Source of the DNA: Paramecium tetraurelia | Lineage: Eukaryota | Length of the DNA stretch: 64,000 bases | Assembly: GCA_000165425.1 (NCBI GenBank) | Contig: CT868318.1 | Span: forward strand, 399,067 to 463,066 | Direction: 5' to 3' | Translations under genes and position numbers: made by a program | The notes under the pieces: generated by a model | Database searches by the model: none | What the model saw: the letters and a program-made list of their open reading frames with translations, nothing else | What the model was told of the DNA's origin: nothing | Part shown: in pieces, positions 1-13,490 of the stretch | Layout: each line of letters begins with the position of its first letter | Numbering within the stretch: the stretch's first letter is position 1

Positions 1-599
1 CTGATAATGATGATGAAATTGGATGTGCCATTCTGGAACTATAGCATATCCACAATAAAGCTATCTTTGATGCATGTAATGAGGTCTTAAATCGTTTTAG
101 ACCATTTTATTATAGTAATTATTTTATATTAAATTAAGATTCCGGGATAAAATACCCATGGGAATAAAAAAGAAATAGTTTAGAAAAAATATTAAACACT
201 AGCTTGGTTCATATAATGGAAGAAGTGAAATCCACAGTATTGAAATAGAGTAAAGTTCTGTGTGGCTTTTATCCAACAGAAGACTTTGAAATTATTAAAT
301 AGGAGAAATAAGAAATAATAGATGAGAAAAATATATTAATGCTTATGTAGCAATTAAATCTAGTGGAAAACCCATTATTAATTGATACAAATATTTAATT
401 TGATAATTTGGCCTTAATTAGGGATGAGTAACTATACAAACTACTTATAGAAGATGTAATATTTTATTGAAAAATACTTTAGATAAAGGAATAGGAATAC
501 AAGTGGACTTTGATTGAAGATGATCGTGCTGAATACTTAATGGAATTAAGTGATCAAATTTTAGAGAATCTTATCGAAGAAGTCTCGAAAGAAATGTGA
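1..599 (+). CDS. 3' part of a protein with a DUF4378/CEP350-C-terminal-like domain (5' truncated by window)
   Basis: Table-6 translation gives EQHIHNKAIFDACNEVLNRFRPFY..YPWE..KWTLIEDDRAEYLMELSDQILENLIEEVSKEM*. Introns at ~115-138 and ~456-482; TGA 597-599. Confidence 0.55.
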
Positions 600-941
600 T
601 TCTGCTTATTATTTGATATTTTATGTATAATAACGTTTATAACATTATATAGTGTTCTCATACCATTTATTATTTAGCTATATACAAATAACAAATAACA
701 AAAGACTAATATTAAAGGTTCAATAGTTTTGAATATATCCGATTTTAAAGCAATCAAGTAAAATTGTTTAAATAGCACTAATTAGTAGAGTTGATTACTA
801 TAGTCATAAATGTTCTTTTATTGTAAAATGATAGTTATCTGAATGTATAAATTAGTCTTTTATTCATTAGTATAAAAGTATAATATGAGAATTATAGTGT
901 TTAATTTTTAAGAATAAATAAAAATAATTATTGTGTGTGTG

Positions 942-1814
942 ATGTTGACAGAAAGCTTATAAATAAATTCAGGACATTCTAGTATGATCCATGATATTAA
1001 ATACGATTACTATGGTGATAAATTAGCAAGTTGCGGAAGTGATGGATATATTAATGTCTATGACGTGTCAAAAAAACATTAAGTTGCTTAAATAAAGACG
1101 TACATAATGAATATTACATTTTAGTCGAGATTCTCCATTATTTTCATTATCTTGGTCACATCCTAGGTTTGGCAACGTATTAGCTGCATCATCATACGAT
1201 GGAGAAATTTCTATTTTTAAGGAATAAAAGGAATGGAATAAAGTGGCAACCTATTAGAATGAAGGCAGTGTCAATTGTGTTCAATTTATGCCTAGAGAAT
1301 TATTTTTGGCATGTGGTACTTCAGATGGATTTGTAATTTTATTGGATAATAACAAAAATTGGGATGTTGATTAGAAATGGTAAGCACATGAATCAATAAT
1401 ACATGGATTATGTTGGAATTAAGATGGTTCATTATTAGCAACCTGCAGTGCTGATAAATTGATTAAAGTCTGGGAATTTACTATCAATAACAAGCCATAA
1501 TTGAAATACACAATTCAATCTCATTTGGACGTAGTGAAGGATGTTTAATTCCATCCTTTAGAAAACAACATCCTTGTATCAGGAGGAGATGTAAGAATCA
1601 ATCACATTTATAGGATGGGAAACTTAGAATTCATAGATTAGATGAGGATGCACTAGAAAGTCAAGTTATTGATTTTCACATGACCATTTGGAGAATATCA
1701 TTCAATATGTTGGGCAATTTAATAACAGTAAACGGAGAAAGTAATGGTTAAAGTAATCTTAAAACACTTAAATAAGAGAACAATTTTTAATATAGCGTTA
1801 TTGATTGCAATTGA
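942..1814 (+). CDS. SEC13: Protein transport protein SEC13 (WD40; COPII/nucleoporin)
   Basis: MLTESLQINSGHSSMIHDIKYDYYGDKLASCGSDG..WSHPRFGNVLAASSYDG. Two short introns; TGA 1812-1814. Confidence 0.9.
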
Positions 1815-1842
1815 ATAATGTATAGATCAAAATGAAATTATA

Positions 1843-3206
1843 TCAACTTGTTAAATTTACATTTATATTTGCCTCTTTAGCTAATCTTAAAATTGCTGCC
1901 ATTCTAACTGCCTTCTTCGCTGCCTCATCTAAATCTTCAGTAAACATCATGTTGAATCCTGACTCCTCTATCAATTTCTTTGCCTCATCTATTTTTGTTC
2001 CCTTCATTCTCAAAACCATTGGTTTCTTCATTCCCAAAACTGTCAAACCTTTTAATAGTCCCAAGACTATTTAATCACATCTTGAAAATAATTATTATAA
2101 TGTTACCTGGCTATACCAGCAAATATATTGACAAGAATGGCTTCAACATTTGGATCTTTATCCATAATTTTGAGTGCAGATACAATTTCTTAATCAGTGG
2201 CTTTTCCTCCAACATCCAAGAAATTAGCAGGTGATCCATCATACTACTTGATTAAATCCATTGTAGCCATAGCCAATCCTGCTCCATTAACCATACAACC
2301 TATGTTTCCATCTAGAGCAATATAATTTAATCCATGTTTTTATGCTTCTACTTCTTTCCAATCTTTTTATCTTACATCTTCCATATGAAAGATGGCATGT
2401 TATCTAAATTGAGAGTTATCATCAATATTAAGTTTTTGATCACAAATAATCAAATTTCCCTACAAATCAATTCCTAGTGGATTAATTTCTAACAATGTCG
2501 CATCAGTTTATAAAAAGATATCGAACATCTTCTTTAAAATCTAAATATGATTAGAAAGATAATTACATCTTTCATCTAATTATGTTAAATTGGATTCAAT
2601 TTATACACTTTTGAAACCTTTTCATAAATTGAAAAATCAATGTCATCTACATTGCTTGGCATTTCAATTGAGAATTTCTTAATATAATTGGGATCACTCT
2701 CTTCAATATGTATACCTCCCTTTTCGGAGGCTACAATTCCCAATCCTCCTGTGTTTCTGTCCAGGAGAATTGATAAATACAATTCTTTCCTTAAAAAGTT
2801 TCTTTCTACGACATAAACCATTTCGCACTTCTTTCCTAAACTTCCAGTTTGTTTTGTTATTAATGTGTTTCCCAACATTTTACTAGCATATTCTTTTACA
2901 TCATCAGGAGTTGAGGCTATATGTATTCCCTAAATAGATATTCACTGGTACACTATTAAATCCATTCTCTTTAAAGTATCCTTTTCCTCTACCACCAGTA
3001 TGACATTAAGCCTTTACAACCACATCTGTGAATGAGTTTCTTTCTGATCCCTCTTATATGATTTTTTAGGCTGACTTATAGGCTTCATCTGGGGTCTTAC
3101 AAATTCTTCCAGGAGGAATTGGGAGTTGAAAAGACTTGAAAAACTCAGCTGTTTGATACTCATGGAGAGAAAGGAAATATTTAGGTATGCGATGGAATCT
3201 AAACAT
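1843..3206 (-). CDS. sucC: Succinyl-CoA ligase beta subunit, mitochondrial
   Basis: [73 protein letters not shown]. Short introns. Confidence 0.95.
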
Positions 3207-3235
3207 TAAGATTTTGATTTATATTATATAATTTC

Positions 3236-4580
3236 ATTACCACAATCTATTAGACGTATATTCCAGTTACTCTAAATCTTAATTATTATTATCTAATCTT
3301 TACAAAATGCTGTCAAATTAAGAAAAAGACCCTCCAAATCCTGATTCACTCTCATTATTATCAAAACTTCTAACTTTTAAAACTACCTCAAATGACTATT
3401 TTCACCAATGGTTGGTACTTTTATAAGATCAAGCAAATATTATTAGAATTCATACATCTAATATTTGGGCTGATCTTCTATAATGCTACAATAGTCTTAA
3501 AAGGTAATTATAGAAGTAATGGATAGCTGAAAATAAAAATTTATATTCCTCTACCTCTATTTATTATACTATTTAGATCATCAAACTAACTGAATCTTTT
3601 ACAAATTGTATGTTTCCTATCTCCAGTTCCAAACATAAATGAGCATCTTATGAATTTCTCACCACATCTTCAAATCATGTATTTTAAAAATTGATTCTTT
3701 CTTGCTATTATAGATGATTTATGTAATTTTGAGAATCATTAGCTAATTTCATTTCTACAATTAGTTAGAAGTCTATAATTCAATGAAATCCAAAAAGCAA
3801 GGGGCTATCAATTCTAATTTAGTTATTAATCAAAGTATCTTTATGTATAATGAATTAATAGTAAATCCTAATTCTCTTATATATTTTTCATGAGGAAATT
3901 GATTTTTAACAAGTCATTGGAATGCTGTTCAAAATAATATTTATTCTCTAATAGATATTGCTAATAATAAAGGAAGATTTCAGAAATCTGTTTTTTAATT
4001 TTATTGCTTATCTGCTCCTTACAATAATAGTTTAAAGTAATAAGATATATATTTACATATCAAATTTAATTTCAATATCACCATCAACAATATTCCATTA
4101 TTTCTTTACCACTATTGTTAACAAAAAAAGCTCTACGAATCTAAATTATATTTTTAGAATACTGACATTAGATATTTTGCATCTTTGAGATTCTGATAGA
4201 TCAATTATTGGTAATTAATTACTAATTGTAACTCAAAGCATGTTCTCAAATCTTAAATAAAATTTATAATTATTTAGAGTGTAACAACTGAAATATTTGT
4301 GAAGAGTACTCCAGAGATGTAATAATTCTAAAGATCATCTTAAATTATCATTAGAATAAATTCAATCAATTCAGCAGCTCTGAGTAGTTAATAAATTTAC
4401 TAATATCTAAGGTTAACAGTGTTAATCCTCAAAATAATTGAATAATTAAAAGGGAGTGGTTGAGCTTGGATGTTGGAGCGCAAATCATAGAACTGTGATG
4501 GCATTCCTCAGATAAATAGAACATTTATTGAAGCAGGAAGTAAATAACTAAATACAAATTAAGTATTCTAAATTGGCATT
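3236..4580 (-). pseudogene. Probable decayed gene of unknown function
   Basis: About 1.3 kb between two genes with coding-like composition. The minus strand gives protein-like runs (..KQSFEVVLKVRSFDNNESESGFGGSFSQFDSILQRLD..) broken by several in-frame TGA. No clean ORF found on either strand. Confidence 0.3.
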
Positions 4581-4631
4581 TAATATTAAATATTTCTTTT
4601 GCAATTATTTAAAAATTAAATTATCTAATTT

Positions 4632-6403
4632 ATGCTATCCACAGCTGCAGGTTTCCAATCTATGCTCAAAGAAGTATAATAAACAGTATTACATATCCCA
4701 GGGAGCTCGCCATTATCAAGGATTAGAAGAAGCAATCCTAAAAAATATTCAAGCATGCAAAGAAATTTCTAACATGACTAAAACTTCATTGGGCCCAAAT
4801 GGAATGAAAAAAATGGTTGTGAATCATATCGATAAAATATTTGTCACAAGTGATGCAGCAACAATCCTCAAAGAAATGGAAATCTAACATCCTGCCGCCA
4901 AGATGATCCTTATGGCAGCCAAAATGCAAGAGACTGAATAAGGTGATGCTACAAATTTCGTTATTACTCTAGCTGGAGAGTTATTGTAATAAGCTGAAAG
5001 TTTAATTAAACTAGGATTACATCCAAGGTAATACTCATATTTTATTAATTTAGCTAAATTGTGGTTGGGTATGAGACCGCATTGAAAAAGGCATTGGACT
5101 TACTTGATGAACAAAAGGTATGGGAAATAACTGATGTTGCTGAAGAATAATAAGTGTTTTAAGCAATTAGAACCTCATTGAGTAGTAAATTATCAGAGTA
5201 TTTTCTTAAATAAAACTATAGCTATTCCAATTTGATTGCTGGTCTTGTAGCCAAAGCATGTATTAGATGTTTGCCAAGAGAAAAGTCTAATTTTGATTCT
5301 GAATATGTTAGAGTTACTAAAATCTTAGGAGGATCTGTTTTGGATAGTCATGTTTTATCTGGATTAATAGTAACTAGAAATGTGGAAGGACAAATCAACA
5401 GATTGGAGAATCCTAAAATTTGTGTATTTAATGCACCATTAGATCCATAATAATCAGAAACTAAAGGAACTGTTTTAATTAAAAATGCTACCGAATTAAA
5501 GAACTATACAAAGACTGAAGAAGATCTTGCTGAAAAGATAGTCAAGAGCATTGCTGATGCAGGAGTTAACCTCATTGTTGCTGGAGGAAGTATATCAGAA
5601 ATAGTATTACACTTTGTTGAAAAATATAAAATGATGATTGTGAAGGTCTAATCCAAATTTGAATTAAAACGCTTATGCAAAGCAGTTGGAGCTAGTGCTT
5701 TATCAACATTGTCTGCACCTATGCCAGACGAATTAGGAACATGTGATCGAGTCCATGTACAAGAAATTGGTAGTTAAAAAGTTACTATCTTCGAAAAGCA
5801 AAGTGACACTTGCAAATTAGCAACTATTGTTTTAAGAGGAGCAACTTAAAATCTCTTAGAAGACATTGAAAGAGCCATTGATGATGGAGTCAGTTGCTAT
5901 AGATCATTAATTAAGGATTCAAGATTTGTTTATGGTGGAGGAGCTACAGAAATTGTAATATTCATATCTCTATGATTTTAGAAATTAGCATAACAATTAG
6001 AATAAGAGGCAAATAAAATTAAATCTATTGATTAATACGCTTATAGACAATATGCATAAGCTTTTGAAATTATACCCAGAATCTTAATTGATAATGCTGG
6101 TTTAGCTCAAAATGAAATGATGGCTCAATTGCACAAATTGAATTCAGAGAAACCTCATTCATTGAACATTTCTGTATATCTTCATCAATAATTTAGAATG
6201 GAACCTTAACTCCCTCAAGTGAATTAAAAGTGTTTGATCACCTTAAAACCAAATGGTGGGCTATCAAACTAGCTACAGATGCTGCCATCACTATCTTGAG
6301 AGTAGATTAAGTATTAATATTCAATATTCTTTAGATTATTATTGCCAAACCAGCTGGAGGACCAAAGATGCCAGATAGAGGACACTGGGATGATTAAGAT
6401 TGA
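4632..6403 (+). CDS. CCT8: T-complex protein 1 subunit theta (CCT8)
   Basis: MLSTAAGFQSMLKE^GARHYQGLEEAILKNIQACK..TSLGPNGMKKMVVNH..QHPAAK..GDATNFV..AKPAGGPKMPDRGHWDDQD*. First intron 4674-4701 (28 nt). Confidence 0.97.
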
Positions 6404-6563
6404 GTGTGATCAAATAATAAATCATAGCATAGATATTATCAATAATTTCTTTATTTTCTCTAGTTACAAGTTTATATTTGCTAACCTCTAAATTAGCTGA
6501 GAACTAATTGTAATTCTTTATTCATAAGTAAATTATTGATAGGTATTTTATAATATAATAAAA

Positions 6564-7744
6564 TCATTATTTAATTAAATTGATTTCCTCAACTAATATT
6601 GCAAAGTCTTATTAGCTTTACTAAACACTTTAATTTATGAATTTGATTTATTGATTTAAAGAATTAACCTCTGTAAGGACTGCATCATCTTTTTTTAATT
6701 CTTTTATTTTAAGATTCAATTCGACAATTTTATTTAAATCTTCTTTTAATGTCTTTTTCAATTGAACATTCTCTTCGAACAAAGTCTTATAGTTTTTCAA
6801 TTTCTATTTGATTTGCATCTTAAAATCTTCTTAATTAGTTTCAATCTAATTTTTTAGATGATATAGTGTTTAATACTCTGTTTTTAGTATTTAGTGATCA
6901 CATTGAATTTTGATTAATTGTTCACTTTGTTATCTGAAATTTTATAATACCTTCTAAACAGCATATACTATGGAATCGCAATCTTGAGGAACATTTAATA
7001 ATAATGAAAGTTCTTTAATCATTTATTTGAATTTAATATTGTTATCTGTATTTTCTGTTTGTTAATATTAAGAACACTTATTGGTTACAGAATACCCAGC
7101 ATAAGTAAAGTTGCTATTGTAGCTTTCCCTTCCTTTTTATAAACTCGCTCTGCTCTCTGATAAATTTGGCATGCTCTGAGTTGGCAATTATATGTTTTTA
7201 ACGTGTTGTAAATCTTACAAATTAACCTTTTTGACTTCTTGACGAGCTCTTGATTGGCAGGGTTAAGGACTACCATATCTTTTTTATACAATAGGTTCTG
7301 TTCTCAAAGATTTCGTCCATGAAATTTATGACTGCATTTGAACTGAATTTCTAATAATCTCGTTGGGATTGGTGCATTTTAAAAATATACTTACCTAATT
7401 TCCGTACTCTAAATCAATTTTGTAGATGGATTCTTTTCCCATGATCTCGTTTAATTCTAACTTTGCATATCCGATCACTTTGATGAATCCACTTTCTTCA
7501 TCTTGTATTTCTATATATATTTATAACTAAGGATCTATTAATTTATTACAAATCTTCCAATATCAAATGAGGAAGTCCATGATGGAGAATATTTAATTAT
7601 TTTTTAAGTGGTTACAATTCTTAAAGGCTCTCTTTTATCAGCTAAAATTAAATCTGAATATACACCACATTAGAAAGAGATCTACATTAATTATGTCTAG
7701 ACAAGAGACTTGAAATGAATTTAAGAGACGCTTAATTAATACAT
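6564..7744 (-). CDS. Hypothetical protein: C2-like N-terminus plus C-terminal coiled coil
   Basis: MYQLSVSQIHF..KYSPSWTSSFDI..IEIQDEESGFIKVIGYAKLELNEI.., then a Q/E/K-rich coiled-coil tail. TGA at 6564-6566. Confidence 0.55.
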
Positions 7745-8010
7745 TTAATTAAATAAAGAATCAAACAAAAGCCAATTATACTCAAGTTAATATTACTCCA
7801 CTGTTAACATAATTTAAATTCAAAAGCAATTCAATCAGTATATCACTCTAAATATAATATATAATAGTATGACTATGTTGAATATGAAATATAATTTAAA
7901 TAGAACTATTTTATAAAATACAGAAAGTATTGGCCAAGTAATTCTGTATTGATATATCAATAGTCTGATTGATTAATTTTATTAATTAAAATCTCTTTTA
8001 TAAATTTCTA

Positions 8011-9638
8011 ATGAGTTCAAAAACCCATCAAAGAATTCTCACTTTCATAAAAAAATACAAAGACGAGTAAATGCTTCATATTTAAGTTTAGATTGAGCCC
8101 AACTACTGGAATTGATGAATTTGCAGATTTATTAAATGAATGCTTTTCATTCAAATAAGATGCATCAAGAAGAGAAAAAGTGAATTTAATTGTTGAAAAT
8201 CTTGTTCTAGATGATGAAAGCAAACTAGTGGAAGGAGGTATGAAAATCTATGAATAAAATAAGATTTATAAAAATATGTGGAGAGATTAATTGATTTCGT
8301 TGAAGGTCCAAGTGATGATCCTTTAGAAAAAAACAACCTTAAGCAACGAAGCTCCTCTGGCAGTTCGGATGAGGAAGATAATAGAGGTCATAATAGATAA
8401 TAAAATAAACATAAAAGAGATAGAAGCAGAGATAGGGAAAAGAATAAAAAATCAAAAAAAAATTAAAAAAATACTAACATATTATCAGAATTATAAAAAG
8501 CAATAGGAAAGGACATGAATATTAAGGACTTACTTTCATCCCTTACAAATACTAATAACCGTAAATAATAGCATAATAATAATAATAAAAATGTTGTCTT
8601 TCTACAAAATGTTCCAAGGGAAATGAGATCCTACACTGAAATTGAAGCCCTACTATAAGGGAGAGGAGAATTAATTAAAATTTAACTATTAGGACGGTAA
8701 TTTAAAGATCTATTTTTAGAGTTCCTTCTGTTCAATTTAAAAATCACAGTGATGCCTAAGCTTTGATTGATAAATTTATTGTCCATAAAGGAGTTAAAAT
8801 TGAATTTACATAAAGTTTAAATAAAGTATTAAAGTAATAAAATATTAGTAGTAGTAACACTAAGATGATAACAAGAATCATAAGATTATTATATTAGACA
8901 AAGAAGGAAAAAAGGTATCTAATCAAGCGAGTTAACCAGCAGCACCTCTCTAATAAACATAATAATAATAATAATAATAACAATAACAATCATAATAACA
9001 ATCATAATAATAGTAAGCTGTATAGAAATAAGACTCTAAAATGGAAGAGGAAACAGATTAAAAAAAAACCAAAGAAGAACAAGAACTAAATAATTAAATT
9101 GATTAAATTAAAGGACAAGCTAAAACATTGGTTGTAGATAAAGTTAGATTGGCTTTATTGCTAAATAAAAGGAAGGACAATTATTCTCCTTAATTAAGTG
9201 CTGAAATCGATGAATTAAAAAAGTAACCTTTATAATTAAAACTTAGAATGTTAACTTAAAAGAAGGAGGAGATTTCCAAGATGAATTCTCTGGAATAACT
9301 CAAAGCAGAATTACAATGGTTAAACGAAAATTATGATTACACTTTGTTAATTACACAGATCCCTGAATAATTATTTAAAGAGAAGACAGTTACCAAAGTA
9401 CTCAATGAGGAATTCCAAGTAAGCATTCAAATAATATATTAGAAATATGGTAAAATTGACAATTTGCAAATTAAAATAAAAGATAAAGCTGCCCATCTTA
9501 AATTCTTTAGCTTTGATTCAGCAGAAAAAGTATTTAATTTTTATAATTTAGGCATATTATCAAGCAAACGAAAATTCTAATTTCAAAGTTGAGTTTTTAA
9601 ATTAGGGTATTAAAAAGGTGTTAATTGCTTAAAGTTGA
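8011..9638 (+). CDS. RNA-binding protein with two RRMs, an R/D-rich stretch and polyQ (RBM26/27-like)
   Basis: N-terminal helical (PWI-like) region, then RDRSRDRE. RRM1 NVVFLQNVPREMRSYTEIEAHY..; RRM2 YTLLITQIPE..KYGKIDNLQIKIKDKAAHLKF. Confidence 0.65.
8951..9016 (+). repeat. TAA/CAA trinucleotide tract encoding polyglutamine
   Basis: taataaacataataataataataataataacaataacaatcataataacaatcataataatagtaa, in frame within the RRM gene. Confidence 0.8.
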
Positions 9639-9787
9639 AATATTTTATAAATAATAGTATTTAATGTAAATAAATAATATAATCAATAAACTTTATTTTT
9701 TTCTTCTTTTGAAGGTTACAAAATATTTGAAGCCAAAATTTCACCTTTTTGAAATATTAAAAGTTATCAATAAATAAAATTAATATC

Positions 9788-10879
9788 ATGTTTAACAAAT
9801 TTTATATTGCTTTTTTCAAATAATATTATACTATTCCTGAGTTATTTAATATATATATCACTATTAGTACTAATTTAACTATAAATTTAGTTATGCTATA
9901 AAAATTTGGAAAAGAAGCTTACGATTTAAAATTTGAGAAATACTTTGATTTGGTTGATGATACGTTTGCATTAAATCCATAAACTATGGCAATTTCATAA
10001 AATGGTAAATACATCTTTTATCGGCATGGAACTTATACAATTAACAGTTAACATACTTTTATTAACTCATAAAGCAAAGTCATTTTAAGTATATCAGGTA
10101 TTATTTAAGCCTGCTTCTCTTCAGACTCAAAATTTTTACTTTTTTCAGAGAGATCTAATGAAAATAAAACCTATCTTTGTCTCCTAAATTGTGAAGAAGA
10201 ATAACTGGTTTGGAAGAAAGAATTTAATAGTGGTGAGTTCGAAAAAGATTCAATATTTTAAATACAATTTAGTTATTTAAATGAATTTGCGATCATAAGC
10301 ACTCGTTTTTAAAGGTATTTTCAAATTTCACTTGATGGTACACATAAGGAAATGGTTTTAAAATAATATTAACCGATGAAATACTTTGATTAATTAAAAT
10401 TTTTAGATGGGGAGTCCTTTATAATAGGAAAAATTGATTAAACTTAGAGGGAAAAAAAATATTCTTATTATTTTATCTACAAACAAAATCGTTTGATTTT
10501 TAGTTGGAAATCAGTTGCTTCAAAAAATTAAAGATTTGAAATCCAAAATAAATTTTTGATTGTTTTAAGAGATACTTATAGATTTTCCTTGAAATTAGCA
10601 ACAACAGGAAAGCTTATAAGAAGTTTATTAATTCTTTAAGAAGAATCACTTAATTTTATATACTATAACAATGTATTTTATTAATTAGGTTTACTAAATG
10701 TATTAAAGTACGATTTAAGTTAAGGTAAGAAAATTTAAACTAATTGTTAAATGCCAAAGAAACATCAAAATGAATTGGATCATTTGAGAAAAGATTAAAA
10801 TATTATTCGAGTTCATACTTTTGATGAAGGATTTGTTAGAAGGTTAGAATTTTTCAAATTAAATTAATATTATCAATGA
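9788..10879 (+). CDS. Beta-propeller/WD40-like hypothetical protein
   Basis: Long TGA-free frame with MAISQNGKYIF..ACFSSDSKFLLF..LNCEEEQLVWKK..LATTGKLIRSL. True start may be the ATG at 9893. Confidence 0.55.
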
Positions 10880-10942
10880 TTTTATTAATATATTTAAATA
10901 AATTTTAAGTTCTTTAGAAATAGATATTTTTATAAATGAATA

Positions 10943-12490
10943 TCAGTTTAATTTAATTTTTTTATTATCTGCAGCTTCATAATGTTAGTATGATTTATTA
11001 TTTTATAACAGTTCAATAAGTAAGGTAAGTTTTTCTTGTATCTTCTGATTCTGAGTTTAATGCATTAAGTTTTAGCATCTTTCTGATAAAAATACCCTTT
11101 CAAATTATTCAATCTCTGCTTTGAAAATATCTATTAGTTTATTATTTTTCAAAATTAATGTGACTATTTACATAACGCATTTGGCAAATTTAATTTCAAT
11201 TTATTATTTTTGTTTGAAGAAAACTGAAAGATGAGAACATGACTATAATTTTTCTATAATAAACACGACTTCATCTAAATATTTAGGTAATAAGCCTATT
11301 ATATTATATTGCTGTAATTTTGGAAGATATTCAGTAATTATATTTTTACTTTTTATCATTTAAATTATTATCTTTAGAATAATTGTTGTGTAATCTGGTT
11401 TTTATGAGTTTTAGTAGATCTACATCAGTTTTTTAAAGAATTCTTCATTAGCTATACAAAATTAAAACTACTTAATTAAATATAAGTAAATTTCTAAAGT
11501 TTCAAACAATTTTAAAGTTAAATCCTAATCTAAATTAAGTAAAAGTCTATCCTAAAATACTTTATCTTCAATTTTTTCTTTAGGAAAATTATTTTTTTAA
11601 ATATATTTTGAAATTATTTAAATAACACTGCCTTCTAGCATATTCTAATTATCATCTACCCAAATAAGTATAACTTCTTCCCACATATTCAAAAGCTATT
11701 AATCTAATACTAGATTTTCATTTTTCATTAAATTTTTAATAATTGATATAGTTATTTTATGAATAAACCATTTTATAGTTTTTAATGATACTCTTTGAAT
11801 CAGATTTGTATTACAAGCACTCATTTATTAGTTCTTTAATACATTCAACTTGTCCTTGATAAAATCAAGTGTCATACTTTTAAAACATTATGGCACCTCT
11901 TTACAAAAGATTTTGAGAGACTAAAGATAATTTACGGAATCATATAATGAGGTGATTTTTTCTAATCTTTATTGTATATGGCAACATTTGTGTATTTGAA
12001 AAGGGGTATTTTTATCTAATTTACTTAATAGACCAAAAATTATGATAATCTTATTATGAAATAGGGCGCTTGCATCTCTATTATATATTTAACATAAGCT
12101 TTCAAAAGATAGGTTTTTAATCAAAATTTAATGCTGAGTATTTACAACATTTAACAATACGAAAAGAACATCTAAATTATTGAAATTGTTACTTATAGCG
12201 CAATATTAAAGGCATTCTGGTACCTAAACTTGTAAAACCTATTGAATGATTGTAATTAAATGCTCTTTTTATTAATCTTCAATTTCCTCTTGTAAATGAG
12301 AAGAATATTTTAATTGTTTTCCAATTGAAATTAAACCATAATGAATTAGTGTGAAATCCTCACTCATTAAATTTTGAACTGCTTATTAGAATGTCAAATT
12401 GGGAGCAAAATTATGCTAAAGTAATTTCTATAGAAGGGACTAAGAAATATTTTATGGGAATAATATTTCAATTTCTTGTTATTATGACAT
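10943..12490 (-). CDS. Divergent armadillo/HEAT-like helical repeat protein
   Basis: MSQQQEIEILFPQ..FQQAVQNLMSEDFTLIHYGLISIGKQL.. Long Leu/Ile-rich helical frame with one short intron. Confidence 0.55.
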
Positions 12491-12842
12491 AATTTAATAT
12501 TAATTATATTTTAGCATAAGAATTATTCGAATTGAATAATAAGAAAATGACTAAATACTATCAAAGATTAAAAGCTATCTTGATATTTTTATATCATTTG
12601 TAATTTAATATTTAATATAAATGTAATAGCCAAAGGTTTAATGTGAATTTTATCATTTCTTATAATTTTAATTGTTTGAATAATTCTAAATAAAGTTAGA
12701 GATTTAGATTCATTGTCAAGAAAATATAACTGATATAATTTATTAATGAATATGAACAGATTGCATACTAGAATTTATACTATTCAAATTTATTTAGTGT
12801 TCATAATAAACATGTTATAAATATAATATTTTTCAAATCATA

Positions 12843-13281
12843 ATGGGATGTATTTGCTCACAATAAAGAAGATTTAATTCACAAGAACAAACCTTAATAC
12901 TTGAATCATTGACAGATATCAAAGATGATGATGATATAATGATTATGTAAATGAAACTAATATAGCCAAAATTTATCTATTAACAAGTACTAACTTAAAT
13001 TCATTATTATATAATAGTTAAACAAAGAAAAGTCGTTAAAGATTTCATCTCGTTTTCTCGGCTCTAAGACCCCTTCTGAAGATGGGGTTCATCTGAATCC
13101 AAAAAGAAAGCTTAAAGGAATCTTAAAACAACAATAAAAATTTCAGAAAAAAAGGCCTAATTCTTTTGATTAGGCTAAAAGTGTTCGTTTTAACCTTATG
13201 CAGTAAGGTTAAGAGCTTTCGGGATAGAATTTGGTAAAATTGTCAAAATTGGTTAACTAAAGAACAATAAATAAAGAATGA
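12843..13281 (+). CDS. Small putatively N-acylated protein with GILK and KSVRF PP1-docking motifs
   Basis: MGCICSQ..KRKLKGILKQ..QAKSVRFNLMQ..NKE*. Needs one 3n+1 intron (12987-13017 or 12947-12965). Confidence 0.6.
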
Positions 13282-13490
13282 TATTTAATTGTTTCAATTA
13301 AAAATAAAATCGATTAATCAAAATTAAATATTCAAGGAAGTTCATTATTGATTTTTCTGTTATTAAATGATAAAAAGATGTTTAATAATAAATTTAAAAA
13401 GAAACTATATACTTATTTATCAAAATATTTTTGTTGCCCTAGTGATTAAATTATTAATAATTGATTTTCATTAATAAAATAATATTACAT

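Noticed and set aside
4573..4701. Apparent N-terminal extension or fusion of CCT8 (ORF from 4573)
   Set aside because: Chance open frame through the 5' region and the 28-nt intron. The conserved CCT8 N-terminus starts at ATG 4632.
12547..12840. Short ORF MTKYYQRL.. upstream of the MGC gene
   Set aside because: Extremely AT-rich with no motif. Long stop-free frames arise easily by chance under table 6.
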